A stretch of 64,000 nucleotides of DNA from Candidatus Latescibacterota bacterium (GCA_965261395.1 OZ253462.1:544001-608000), one strand, 5' to 3'. Shown: positions 50,725 to 60,717, counted from the stretch's first letter. The notes: generated by a model not told the origin, from the letters alone. Translations and numbers: made by a program.

Positions 50725-51518
50725 CGGCGTATACGCGGCTTCGCGTTACAGGACATCGGCTGAACACACCTTCGCCCTGAGAACACTCGATGGCAAGTGG
50801 AGTCGAAATTCGGCAATACCGGGACTCAGATCGAGAAAATGAGGAGAGCCTAGCGTGACGGCACCAAACACCACTTCGGTAGCACGCGTATCCGTCCACG
50901 GTGGACACAGCAAAGAATTCGGCGATGCAAATGAGTCCTCGCTTGAGGAGGTCGTGCACGCCTACGTTGACAAGGGCTTCAAGTGGGTAGGCATTACCGA
51001 GCATATCCCACCAGCTTCAGCCGACTTCCTGTTTCCCTGGGAGATTGAAGAGGGCCAGACGTTGGAGTCGAGGATGGAACGGTTCACAGAATACTTCTCG
51101 GTCGCGCGCAGGCTCCAGAGGGACTACCGAGATTCCATTCGGATCTTAGTTGGATTCGAAACAGAGAGTTACACTGGCTACGTAGCGCACGTAAACACGC
51201 TGCGGCATCGATTTCAACCTGACTACATCGTTGGCTCGGTCCATCACGTGCGGGACATATGTATCGATGGTCCGTCAGAGTGGTATGCCCAAGCCGTAGA
51301 AGAGACCGGAGGAATCGGTGCGCTATTCTGTGAATACTTCGACCAACAATACGAGCTTGTAGAGGAACTAGAACCCGAAGTGGTCGGACACTTTGACCTC
51401 ATTCGAATGCACGACATGAACTATCGTCAGCGCTTAGAGATCCCCCAAATCAAGGAGAGAATCCGGAGGAACCTCGAGAAGATCAAGGACCTTGGGTCAA
51501 TTCTCGATTTCAATCTTA

Positions 51519-52448
51519 GAAGCCGTCTGAAAACTCTAATTTTCATTTGATTCGTTTAAGTAGCAAGTGGATCATGGCAATCTGGATCAAGGCTTCACTA
51601 TGGCGGGTCAAGACCTCATAATCTCTCGCATGTCGGCGAAAATTCATCAACCACGCCAAGGTGCGCTCGACGACCCACCGGCGTTTAACTAGGGTAAATC
51701 CGGAGCCTTGTTTGGCGACGACTTCCAAGTCTATTTTGTGCGTCTTTTTTTGGTTGGCCACCCACGTTCGGATGGCCTCGCCTTGGTAGCCGCCATCAAC
51801 CCACAGCTTGCGTAACCGAGCCACTCCGGCGGCCTTCAAGCGGGTCAACACCTGCTTCAAACCCTCTCGATCATCGACATCGGCGGCGGTGACCACCACC
51901 TGTCGAAGCAAACCCGACGTGTCCACCAACAAATGCCGTTTGCGGCCTTTGATCTTTTTACCGGCGTCATACCCGGTTGTTTTACCATGCGTTGCGGTCT
52001 TAATCGTCTGACTATCGACGCAGCCAGCCGACGGCATCGCCGCCCGGCCGCTCTGGCGGCGTTCCCGCTTGGTCAACCGATCCAACACCGGCGGCCAGAC
52101 CCCTTGCAGGCTCCAGCGACGAAAGTAATCATACCCCGTTTTCCACGGCCCAAAACAAGCAGGCAACAAAGCCCAAGGACACCCCGTCTTGTTCAAATAT
52201 AAAAGGCCGTTGACGATTTGGCGTCGATCCCGCGGCGGCCGACCCGGACCGTGAAGCCGCCAGCGCGGCGCGGGCAGCAACGGTTCGATCCGCTGCCATT
52301 GTCCATCGGTTAGATCGGTGGCATATTGCCTACGCGGCGTACTCATTATACAAGCCTTTCTGTTCAGATTTTGTGGTGAAACCTGAATATGGCTCGATGA
52401 GTACGCCCTTTCAAATTCGGCTACATCAGAGGGTTTTCAGACGGCTTC
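51519..52448 (-). mobile_element. IS5-family insertion sequence (~930 bp, IS1031-like)
   Basis: Terminal inverted repeats GAAGCCGTCTGAAAAC / GTTTTCAGACGGCTTC; flanks TTA and TCA (imperfect 3-bp duplication). Confidence 0.93.
51543..52346 (-). CDS. IS5-family DDE transposase
   Basis: 'YATDLTDGQW', 'VDSQ', 'KIKGRKRH', 'VDGGY', 'RWVVERT'. Confidence 0.95.
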   Translation of the reverse strand: MSTPRRQYATDLTDGQWQRIEPLLPAPRWRLHGPGRPPRDRRQIVNGLLYLNKTGCPWALLPACFGPWKTGYDYFRRWSLQGVWPPVLDRLTKRERRQSGRAAMPSAGCVDSQTIKTATHGKTTGYDAGKKIKGRKRHLLVDTSGLLRQVVVTAADVDDREGLKQVLTRLKAAGVARLRKLWVDGGYQGEAIRTWVANQKKTHKIDLEVVAKQGSGFTLVKRRWVVERTLAWLMNFRRHARDYEVLTRHSEALIQIAMIHLLLKRIK

Positions 52449-52674
52449 TCAGGGGATTCGAAAAGGGCGGATCTGAACCTTACGTATCCAAATCTATATT
52501 GGAAATGGCACTGGATCTCGGCGTCCCTTGCGTCCCGGGAGATGATTCACATGGGGTTGGGGGAGTTGGATTACATATCGAGAGAGGGATCGAAATACTA
52601 ACGCAGACTGGATTTAGCACTGATTGGCAACTCCCAGGGGCGGGCTACGGCACATCCTAGGAATTAATAAAAAA

Positions 52675-53196
52675 ATGGGCGATAAATTTCCTTTTCAAGT
52701 CGAGACAACGAGACCATCGACTGCAGAGCGCGAAGGACGAAAGTGGCCCATTCGGTTGCGTCGCAACAATTCAATGGAACCGGGCCGGACGTGGATTTTC
52801 ACGGATGGTGGTAGAGAGGGGAGGTTTGCAGCCGCGATTGTCCGTCCTGGCATTGAGGAGTACCGTACGGGCCGGCGAGAAATCAACTCCAACAGCGTCG
52901 TCGCCGAGCTCGACGGAGTCATTCTGGGTCTGGAAAACACCGTCTTGAGAGAAAGGATCACAATCGTATCCGACTATCTCTGGACAGCTCACTACATCAA
53001 CGGATGGAGGAAGGTGCATCACGCGTGTCTTCGTGAGGGGGTAATTCGCGCAAGAAGAATCGTCGAGGACCAAGAATTGAAGGATGTAGTATTTGTCCAT
53101 TATGGAGGAGAGAACGAAGAGGCTGAGTGCGAGTTTTCTAAATGGAATATGATTGCCCATGACCTATGTCAGGATCCGATCCGCTACGTCCGCTGA
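52675..53196 (+). CDS. RNase HI-like protein
   Basis: 'IFTDG', 'AELDG', 'IVSD', 'WN.IAHDL'. Confidence 0.7.
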   Translation: MGDKFPFQVETTRPSTAEREGRKWPIRLRRNNSMEPGRTWIFTDGGREGRFAAAIVRPGIEEYRTGRREINSNSVVAELDGVILGLENTVLRERITIVSDYLWTAHYINGWRKVHHACLREGVIRARRIVEDQELKDVVFVHYGGENEEAECEFSKWNMIAHDLCQDPIRYVR

Positions 53197-53656
53197 CGCC
53201 GAGATTGTAGTGCGGATTTACATCGATTCGTGGAACGCTGGATTTGGCGCACTGCTATCGCAAGCCGACAGAACTGTGGCGCCAGCCCTTGCTGAACGCT
53301 GGCGCCATGATCTTGCTCAGCCTGTCCCACATCGTTGGTGGGTAGCTGAGCGTACGGGTTCAATCGTAGGGTTCGTCGGCATTGGACCCAGCCGAGATCC
53401 GGTGGATGCACGCCTCGGCGAACTTGATACGATCGCTATCGATCCATCGTATTGGCGCACAGGTATTGGCGAGGCATTGATGTCTGTCGCTTTGCGTTAT
53501 CTGGTTGCGGACGGCTACGATGAGGCAATAGTGTGGACCGTAGAAGGTTACGAGCGCGGGATCGCTTTCTACGAGGCCACGGGGTGGTGCCGTGATGGTG
53601 GCGTCCGCGATGAAGGGCGACAAATCCGCTTCCGGCTCGACCTGTCTACCTTATAA
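53159..53656 (+). CDS. GNAT N-acetyltransferase
   Basis: 'IRSATSAD', 'WRTGIG', 'FYEATGW'. Confidence 0.9.
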   Translation: MTYVRIRSATSADAEIVVRIYIDSWNAGFGALLSQADRTVAPALAERWRHDLAQPVPHRWWVAERTGSIVGFVGIGPSRDPVDARLGELDTIAIDPSYWRTGIGEALMSVALRYLVADGYDEAIVWTVEGYERGIAFYEATGWCRDGGVRDEGRQIRFRLDLSTL

Positions 53657-53734
53657 CACGTTGTTGCGCTGCGCTGATGCGCCTTGGCCTTCGGCAACGC
53701 ACTTGCAGATTCGCAAACTGGCACAACGATCTCT
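53651..53734 (+). other. Degenerate attC-like site
   Basis: TTATAAC overlaps the GNAT stop; 20-bp identity with 28435-28454 plus shared TTCGCAAAC. Confidence 0.65.
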
Positions 53735-53737
53735 GAA

Positions 53738-54500
53738 ATGAAAAAAGAAGAATCCATCGACGCAGACTATCTGGCCCCAGCCAAATACGACCAATACTAC
53801 GGTGCGTATGCTACACTTCCAGATTGGTTTCTGGCTGAGCTCGCCTCCCGCGGAAGGGTCCTTGAACTGGCCTGTGGAACAGGCCGGATAGCGATCCCCT
53901 TGGCGGAGCACGGCATTGAGGTCACTGGGATCGACTCTTCGGAGCCGATGCTTAGCCTTGCTAGGTCAAAGGCCAACGGCAGACAGGTGAAGGTCGATTG
54001 GATCTGTGACGATATACGCCGCTTTGACACCGGTAGGCAATATGGGTCAATCTTACTACTACACAACGCTCTATGGCACCTGCACGACCTAGCGGATTTC
54101 GAGGAATGCATCCGCTGCGTGCAGCGTCATCTCGCTCCGGGTGGTTACTTCATTTTGGACGTCTTTGTCCCTGGGCTGGAGATCCTCAATCGCGACCCAA
54201 GCAGACGGTATCCATTCTCTCGATACACAGACGATGAAACTGGACAAGAGGTGCAAGTGACGCAGTCATATAGGTACGAAGCAGACACTTCAGATCGCGC
54301 GCATGGTGCACTACAGAGGAGATTCTGAGGAGATTGTTGGCGGTCTGAATCTCCGGATGTATTTCCCGCAGGAACTGGATGCCCTGCTAAAGTACAATGG
54401 GATAAGGATCAAGGAGAAGTTTGGAAACTGGGATCGAGACGCCTTTGGGCCGGACTCTAGACATCAGCTTTGCTTCTGCACCGCGACGGAGAACGGCTGA
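53738..54500 (+). pseudogene. Class I SAM methyltransferase with a +1 frameshift
   Basis: 'VLELACGTGR'; removing one T at 54289-54290 joins to 'QIARMV...LRMYFPQEL'. Confidence 0.82.
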
Positions 54501-54658
54501 GAAGCCAGTTCTATCGCGAAGATAAATCCCGAACTGCGGATTTTTTTAACGCGAGAATACATTCCAGAATTGTTCAGCCAATAAGCCTTTACTTGAAAGG
54601 TGATACTCTGCTGGCCAAATCTTTCACACCTCTTGAAAATTTTATACAAAGGCAAGAA

Positions 54659-55489
54659 ATGAGTGAATATAAGATCGTTGAAAAAACAGAAGTCCCCGCC
54701 ACAGTCGAATCATTACAGGCTGACTTCCGCGCGCTTGGCGTCAAACCGGGGATGGTCGTGTTGGTGCATTCGTCCTTGAGTGCGCTAGGGTGGGTGTGCG
54801 GAGGAGCTGTGGCGGTCATCGTTGCCCTGCAGGAAGTCTTGGGCTCGGCTGGAACGCTTGTGATGCCCGCCCACTCGCCCGACCTAACTGAACCGAGCAA
54901 GTGGGAAAGTCCGCCCGTCCCCAAGTCGTGGTGGCCGGTAATACGCGAAAACATGCCGGCCTACGATCCATTGCTTACCCCCACTCGTGCTATGGGCATT
55001 ATCGCGGAGACATTCCGCAAGCAAAGAGGCGTTCTCCGCGGTACACATCCGCAAGTCTCGTTTTGTGCATGTGGACCTCAAGCATCGCGCATCATCAATA
55101 ACCATTCATTGGCCTTTGGTATGGGCGAGCATTCGCCGCTTGCGAGAATTTACGATTTGCACGGCTTTGTCCTGCTGCTCGGTGTGGATCATGGAAATAA
55201 TACGTCCATGCACCTTGCGGAACATCGGGCGACCTTTCCAACCAAACGCGTCATCCAGCAGGGTGCACCGATCTCTACGTCGGGTTCGCGGAGATGGACC
55301 ACCTTTGAAGATGTTGACATCGACAGTTCAGATTTTGATCGCATCGGCGAAGACTTTCTGCGATCAGAGGCAGGCCATGCGGTCCGCCGTGGCCGGGTTG
55401 GTCTTGCAGATTGCCAGCTCATGCCACAACGAGACGTCGTGGACTTCACGGTCGGTTGGCTCGAAGAGAATAGAGCGAAACAAGCCTAG
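54659..55489 (+). CDS. AAC(3)-family N-acetyltransferase (YokD-like)
   Basis: 'VHSSLSALGWVCGG', 'GTLVMP', 'HPQVSF', 'NTSMHLAE'. Confidence 0.92.
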   Translation: MSEYKIVEKTEVPATVESLQADFRALGVKPGMVVLVHSSLSALGWVCGGAVAVIVALQEVLGSAGTLVMPAHSPDLTEPSKWESPPVPKSWWPVIRENMPAYDPLLTPTRAMGIIAETFRKQRGVLRGTHPQVSFCACGPQASRIINNHSLAFGMGEHSPLARIYDLHGFVLLLGVDHGNNTSMHLAEHRATFPTKRVIQQGAPISTSGSRRWTTFEDVDIDSSDFDRIGEDFLRSEAGHAVRRGRVGLADCQLMPQRDVVDFTVGWLEENRAKQA

Positions 55490-55560
55490 CTGTCCGGTCC
55501 CAGTATTGGGGCCGCATTGTTGTATCGATGATTAAGGCCAAGCGTCCCAGCGCGCTCTGA

Positions 55561-56217
55561 TTAGCGCGCCAGCAAGTCGGCAATCAAAGGAGCGGCCTGA
55601 TGCAGCGAGGGCAGGATTCTGTACGCTTGAGCCTTGGCTTGGGGCGAAGGTTTCTTGAGGTCGGGCACCATGAGCACGGTCATCCCCGCGGTGTGGGCCG
55701 ATTGGACTCCAGCTTCCGAATCCTCTAGGGCGATACAAGCAGCCGGGGGCAATCCCAATCGGCGGGCTGCCTCCAAGTAGAGATCAGGGGCTGGCTTGCC
55801 GCAGGCAACTTGGTCACTGGTGACAATGTGGGCAAAGCGGTCCGCCAAACCGCTCGCTTCCAAGGTCTCCGCAGCCTGCTTGGCGCTGGAAGAAGTGGCC
55901 ACTGCTCTAGGAACGGCCGGCGCCTCAAGCTGGTCGAGCAAGGGCAGCAGGCCGGGCTTGGTATCAATGCCGTGTTCTTCCACTTGCCGGTACCATTGGT
56001 CTGCCCCCAACTCGGTAAAGCGCTGCAAGGGAAAAGCGGGGCCAAAGTAGGCACCTACCTTTTTTAGGGCTTCCTTGGTGGGAGTGCCAATCAAGGTCAG
56101 ATAGAACTCGTCGTCCAGTGCGTAACCCAACGCCGCAGCGGCTCGTTGCCAAGCAGCCTGATACAAAGGCTCGGTGTCGAGCATGAGACCGTCCATGTCA
56201 AAGACGACGGCGCGCAG
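55561..56217 (-). CDS. HAD family phosphatase (start uncertain)
   Basis: 'AVVFDMDG', 'ATSS', 'GKPAPD', 'EDS'; motif I starts upstream of the first ATG. Confidence 0.85.
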   Translation of the reverse strand: MRAVVFDMDGLMLDTEPLYQAAWQRAAAALGYALDDEFYLTLIGTPTKEALKKVGAYFGPAFPLQRFTELGADQWYRQVEEHGIDTKPGLLPLLDQLEAPAVPRAVATSSSAKQAAETLEASGLADRFAHIVTSDQVACGKPAPDLYLEAARRLGLPPAACIALEDSEAGVQSAHTAGMTVLMVPDLKKPSPQAKAQAYRILPSLHQAAPLIADLLAR

Positions 56218-56251
56218 GGAAGTTGAGGTGGTGATAACTATACCGGCCCGC

Positions 56252-57706
56252 TTAGGAGTCCACGGCGACGGCCGTAGCTGTCTCTTGCGTTATGACCGCA
56301 CTGCGCACTAAGGCCAGCTTATTGGCCGCGTTGAAGGCCGCCACTTTGTAGCACTCGGCCAGCGTCGGATAGTTGAACACCGTGCGAATAAAGTAGTCTA
56401 GGCCGCCGCCCAGTCCCAACACCGCCTGCCCCACGTGAATCAGTTCGGTAGCACCCGTACCAATGCAATGCGCACCGAGCAGACGGCCGTCCTCGCGGTG
56501 GAAAATCAGCTTGACCATGCCCGAGTCGTCGCCGAGAATCTGCCCGCGCGAGATCTCCTTGTAGTGGGCGATGCCCGTTTCATACGGCACGCGCTCGCGG
56601 GTGAGTTCCGCCTCGGTCGCCCCCACCATGGAAATCTCTGGAATCGCGTAGATGCCTACGGGAAAGTGGCTGCCCATCGGCTGCGCCTCCACCCCGAACA
56701 TGTGGCACGCGGCCAAGCGGCCCTGCTCGCTGGAGGTAGCCGCCAGCGCGGGAAAGCCGATGACATCGCCCGCCGCGTAGATGTTGTCCACCCCTGTGCA
56801 GTGGTGCTCATCTACCTTCAGACGCCCCCGGTCATCCGCTTGCAAGCCCACGGCTTCGAGGTCGAGCGCGTCGGTAGCACCGGTGCGGCCGGCGGAAAAC
56901 AGCACCACATCGGCGACGATGTGCTTGCCCGACTCCAGTTCGATGAGGCCCTTGGGCTGGGGCACCTGGACCACTTCGATGTGCTCGACCGCTTCCCCGC
57001 AGCGAAAGGTCACATCGGCCTTGCGCATCTGGTGGATGAGTTCATCGACGATCTCGTGGTCGAGGAACTCAAGCGGGCGCGGACGGCGGTCAATGACCGT
57101 CACTTGGACTCCCAACGCTGCGAACATCGATGCATATTCAATACCGACGACCCCGGCACCGACCACGGCGATGTTGCGCGGCAAGCGCTCTAGGCCGAGG
57201 ACGTGGTCTGAGGTCATAATCGTCTGGCCGTCTGGCGACAGATCGGGCGGATTGCTGGTGCGTGAACCCACGGCGATAAGTACCTTGTCCACTGACAACT
57301 TGCGCCGGCCGTCGAAGGATTCGATCTGTAAGGTATGCTGATCGACAAACGAGGCGCGGCCCCGAATGACCTCGATGTCGTTGCGCGACAGATTCTCCTG
57401 GACGACGAAGATCTCGCGCTCGATGACGCGCTCGACGTGGCCGACCAGTTGCTGCATGGTCGGCCGCGCTCGGGGACGGAATTGCTCGTTGGCTTCCAAG
57501 CCAGGGCGCGAATAGGCACGCTGGACGGCTTCGCGGAAAGTCTTGGAGGGGATCGTGCCGGTCTCAATACAGACGCCGCCGACCATCTGCTGCTTTTCGA
57601 CCACGGCGACTTTTTTGCCTAACTTGGCTGCTTGAATGGCGGCACGCTGGCCAGCGGGGCCGCTGCCAATGCATACGAGGTCGTAAGTGTGGGAATTGTT
57701 GCTCAC
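56252..57706 (-). CDS. sthA: Soluble pyridine nucleotide transhydrogenase
   Basis: 'GGVCIETGTIPSKT', 'FNYPTLAECYKVAA'; GTG start after GGAGG. Confidence 0.92.
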   Translation of the reverse strand: MSNNSHTYDLVCIGSGPAGQRAAIQAAKLGKKVAVVEKQQMVGGVCIETGTIPSKTFREAVQRAYSRPGLEANEQFRPRARPTMQQLVGHVERVIEREIFVVQENLSRNDIEVIRGRASFVDQHTLQIESFDGRRKLSVDKVLIAVGSRTSNPPDLSPDGQTIMTSDHVLGLERLPRNIAVVGAGVVGIEYASMFAALGVQVTVIDRRPRPLEFLDHEIVDELIHQMRKADVTFRCGEAVEHIEVVQVPQPKGLIELESGKHIVADVVLFSAGRTGATDALDLEAVGLQADDRGRLKVDEHHCTGVDNIYAAGDVIGFPALAATSSEQGRLAACHMFGVEAQPMGSHFPVGIYAIPEISMVGATEAELTRERVPYETGIAHYKEISRGQILGDDSGMVKLIFHREDGRLLGAHCIGTGATELIHVGQAVLGLGGGLDYFIRTVFNYPTLAECYKVAAFNAANKLALVRSAVITQETATAVAVDS

Positions 57707-57835
57707 GGAGGACCTCCCGGGATGAGGAGCTTCGGGGCGAGAGCGTGAATGTACAGCATAAACATATAAATTGCAGGTGACAATCGAGTGTCGAGCAGCA
57801 GACCGTGGTTTCATTTTTGAAAGGGGAAAAGACCC

Positions 57836-58738
57836 ATGAGCAATCACATCGTCGTATCGAGCATTTCCTACGCCCCGATCAGCGGGACGGACCAAGAGGT
57901 GATGGAGCAAACCCACAAGGACCTAGAGGACTTGGTGGGCCGAGTTGCCCAAGCAACTAGGCCCGATCTGATCGTCCTGCCCGAGACCATCTGCCGAAAC
58001 TGCGACGAAGAAGTGCCAGAGGGGCCGACAACCCGACTGCTGGCCGACTTGGCCCGGCAGTATAGCTGCTATATTACCGTGCCGGTGCATCAGAAGGAGC
58101 GCAAGAGCGGGGCGGTTTTCAACGTCCTCGGGCTGCTCGACCGACAGGGGGAATTGGCCGGTGTCTACCGCAAGTACATCCCGGTGTACCCGGAGTTCGA
58201 CCACGGCACTCGTCCAGGGCCAGGCGCGGCCCTAATCCAAACCGACTTTGGGCCGGTGGGTGGGGTGATCTGTTTTGATCTAAACTTCGGCGAGTTGCGG
58301 GCCCAGTACAAAAAGCTCAAGCCGAAATTGCTGCTCTTCAGCTCCATGTATCACGGCGGGCTGGTGCAGAACTTTTGGGCTTTGGATGTGCAGGCCTTTT
58401 TCGTCGGCTCGGTGTACAAGGGAACGCCCTGCACCATTATCGATCCGCAGGGCACCACCCTAGCCCAGAGTAATAACTACCAAAGCTGGGCCACGGCGCG
58501 CATCAATCTAGACTACGAGGTAGTGCATCTCGACAAAAATCAGGCTAGGTTCGACGATATCCATCGTCAATATGGCGAGGCCGTGCGCATTGTCACGACC
58601 GGGCAAGTGGGTACTTCAGTGATCTACAGCGAGACGGCGGAGAGTACCGCAGCCGACATTGTCGATGAATTCGAGCTAGTACGACTGGACGAGTACTTCG
58701 ACTGGTCGAGGGAACTGCGGACAGAGCATCTGGCGTGA
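57836..58738 (+). CDS. Carbon-nitrogen hydrolase (nitrilase family)
   Basis: Catalytic triad in 'LPE', 'YRK', 'ICFD'. Confidence 0.9.
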   Translation: MSNHIVVSSISYAPISGTDQEVMEQTHKDLEDLVGRVAQATRPDLIVLPETICRNCDEEVPEGPTTRLLADLARQYSCYITVPVHQKERKSGAVFNVLGLLDRQGELAGVYRKYIPVYPEFDHGTRPGPGAALIQTDFGPVGGVICFDLNFGELRAQYKKLKPKLLLFSSMYHGGLVQNFWALDVQAFFVGSVYKGTPCTIIDPQGTTLAQSNNYQSWATARINLDYEVVHLDKNQARFDDIHRQYGEAVRIVTTGQVGTSVIYSETAESTAADIVDEFELVRLDEYFDWSRELRTEHLA

Positions 58739-58808
58739 GTGCAAGGAATTCTAGAATTTAGGCGTAGATCAATCGCAACGCTCAAATAGTTCACGGAGAT
58801 AGCCCCAA

Positions 58809-59849
58809 ATGGCAGCGAAACTCGCCAGCAGCATGAAGGTATTCCATCATAAGCCAGACATATCCCGTGCGCAGATCGATGCTCTTTTTGCGAAGCACGA
58901 CTTCAGCTTGTCGCGGTCGATCACCCACCTAGAAAGTAATTGCACAAACCAAGTTTTCATGGTCGAGACACACTCGCACGGAGACGTCGTATTGAAGATT
59001 CAGTTTCGGCGAGTCCGCGGCTGGAGTTTGAAAACGGAGTTCATCGTAACAAAGGCATTGCGAGGCGCGGCCGATGTTCCAGTATCTGAGTCTCTGGTCT
59101 ATGACGGTGATGAAGAACCACTGGGCTTTGAATGTCTTTTGATCCCACGCGAGCCGGGTGAGTCGGGGCTCAGTTACTACTTGGCCGCCTCTCGTGCACA
59201 GCGCTTGCAGTTGGGTTCGCTACTAGGACAAACGGTCGCCCATGTACACCGCCAACAATGCCCGGACGAACTGCAATCTCAGACGCAGAGAGACCTTACG
59301 TCATGGAGAGACCTTACGTCATGGGAAGAGACGACCCGGGAAGCACTTTTGGGTGAGGAGGAGTTGGCTTCTTCCGTAGCGGAAATTTTGCCGGAACTTT
59401 CAGAGAAGCTATTAGCTGCTATGGATCCATTGCCCAAAATCAAGGTACATGGCGGAAACGTCCTTCTATGGGGAGAAGCAGGACTGCACAACGTGCTCGT
59501 AGAGAACGGTAGCTCTCTGCGAATCTCCAACGTCCACGACTTCCAATCGGCTGGCTGGGGAACCGCAATCTACGATTTGCAGCTAGCTGAGGGTGAATAC
59601 ATAGCCAAGCCAAGTTCGGAGCACTTCGAGACCGGCTACATAGATGCTTTTCGATCTTCCTACAAGGCCGTCATTGGCCAGCCTCCTACCGAATTATCGG
59701 CTGTAGAGGAAAAGGTATTGTCAATTATTAAGAATCTCCGCCAAGTACGGTTCTTCTGGGACTGCGGCCGTCTTTTGCATCCCAAGACACCAGAATACGT
59801 GGGTGCGGCAATTGCAGATCTTGAGAGCCTACATGGATATACAGGCTAA
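58809..59849 (+). CDS. Aminoglycoside phosphotransferase-like kinase with atypical catalytic loop
   Basis: 'NQVF', 'VVLK', 'WGEAGLHNVLV', 'HDFQ'. Confidence 0.65.
   Translation: MAAKLASSMKVFHHKPDISRAQIDALFAKHDFSLSRSITHLESNCTNQVFMVETHSHGDVVLKIQFRRVRGWSLKTEFIVTKALRGAADVPVSESLVYDGDEEPLGFECLLIPREPGESGLSYYLAASRAQRLQLGSLLGQTVAHVHRQQCPDELQSQTQRDLTSWRDLTSWEETTREALLGEEELASSVAEILPELSEKLLAAMDPLPKIKVHGGNVLLWGEAGLHNVLVENGSSLRISNVHDFQSAGWGTAIYDLQLAEGEYIAKPSSEHFETGYIDAFRSSYKAVIGQPPTELSAVEEKVLSIIKNLRQVRFFWDCGRLLHPKTPEYVGAAIADLESLHGYTG
59289..59324 (+). repeat. In-frame 18-bp tandem duplication
   Basis: AGAGACCTTACGTCATGG twice (RDLTSW x2). Confidence 0.95.
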
Positions 59850-60573
59850 ATACGACGATCGCGATTGGTTTAAGACGCTCCATGGCAGCTTATGGCTTCG
59901 CCCGGATGAAGGCGGCGAGGACGAGGCTGATTCTCTGCGACGGATGTTACATATCAGAAACGGACAGCGCGTCCTAGATGCCCCTTGTGGCGCGGGTCGT
60001 GTCGCTTACCATCTGGCTAAGTACGGGGTAGAAGTAGTCGGTATCGACCTGCGATTGACTTTCATAAACCGGGCTAAACGAAGATTTAGCAGAGACGGGG
60101 TGCAAGCCGATCTTAGAAGCATGGATCTGCGTTCGATTGAGTTCGAAAACGAGTTCCACGCGATTTACAATTGGTTCAACAGCTTTGGATATTTCTCTGA
60201 CGGCGAGAATGCCGAGGTGGTGAGGCGATTTGCCCGTGCATTGCGTCCTGGTGGACGACTTCTGATCGATCACCTAAATCGCGAGCGAATACTGCGGAAC
60301 TTTCGTCCTGTGAGCGTCAATCATGGAGTGCTCTTTAGATCGAAGTGGGATTCTCGTGCAGAGCGTCTCATTGGGCAACGTGTGATTGGCGGGATCGCAG
60401 AAGACGAAAGCCGATCATCTCAACGCCTCTACACCCTGTCGCAAATGCGAAATCTGCTTGCCTCGGCAGGTCTCGATGTGGAGACCGTATATGGTTCGTT
60501 GAGTTGCGAGCCGTACCATCGAGGTAGCCATCAGATGATTATCGTCGCTCGTAAGCCATCGACGAAACGTTAG
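59833..60573 (+). CDS. Class I SAM methyltransferase
   Basis: 'VLDAPCGAGR', 'FNSFGYF', 'LRPGGRL'. Confidence 0.9.
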   Translation: MDIQAKYDDRDWFKTLHGSLWLRPDEGGEDEADSLRRMLHIRNGQRVLDAPCGAGRVAYHLAKYGVEVVGIDLRLTFINRAKRRFSRDGVQADLRSMDLRSIEFENEFHAIYNWFNSFGYFSDGENAEVVRRFARALRPGGRLLIDHLNRERILRNFRPVSVNHGVLFRSKWDSRAERLIGQRVIGGIAEDESRSSQRLYTLSQMRNLLASAGLDVETVYGSLSCEPYHRGSHQMIIVARKPSTKR

Positions 60574-60661
60574 ATACAATGGGAAATTACAAAATCAAAT
60601 CATCTGTTGAGAAATCTGAACCCACCGCCTCATTGTAGGCCATAGGCTGAGGATTGGACCT

Positions 60662-60700
60662 GTAAAAGGGCCGGCTTCCCCGCGAAGCCGGCCCTTTTAC
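60662..60700. terminator. Bidirectional Rho-independent terminator
   Basis: GTAAAAGGGCCGGCTTC / GAAGCCGGCCCTTTTAC between convergent genes. Confidence 0.85.
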
Positions 60701-60717
60701 TACCAACGCGGTGCTCC

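Larger units (their letters stand above)
50855..52660 (+). pseudogene. PHP-family histidinol-phosphatase (HisJ-like) interrupted by an IS
   Basis: 'ITEH', 'GSVH', 'GHFD' upstream; 'RGFEKGGSEPY', 'GDDSH' downstream of the IS. Confidence 0.88.

Noticed and set aside
52373-52660. Independent 95-aa gene
   Set aside because: Fusion of IS end sequence with the C-terminal part of the interrupted PHP phosphatase.
54659-55489. Confirmed aminoglycoside resistance gene
   Set aside because: Family membership is clear, but YokD-like members need not confer resistance; substrate cannot be read from sequence.
58740-60600. Third cassette array around the APH-like and methyltransferase genes
   Set aside because: Cargo looks cassette-like but no convincing attC stem flanks these genes.
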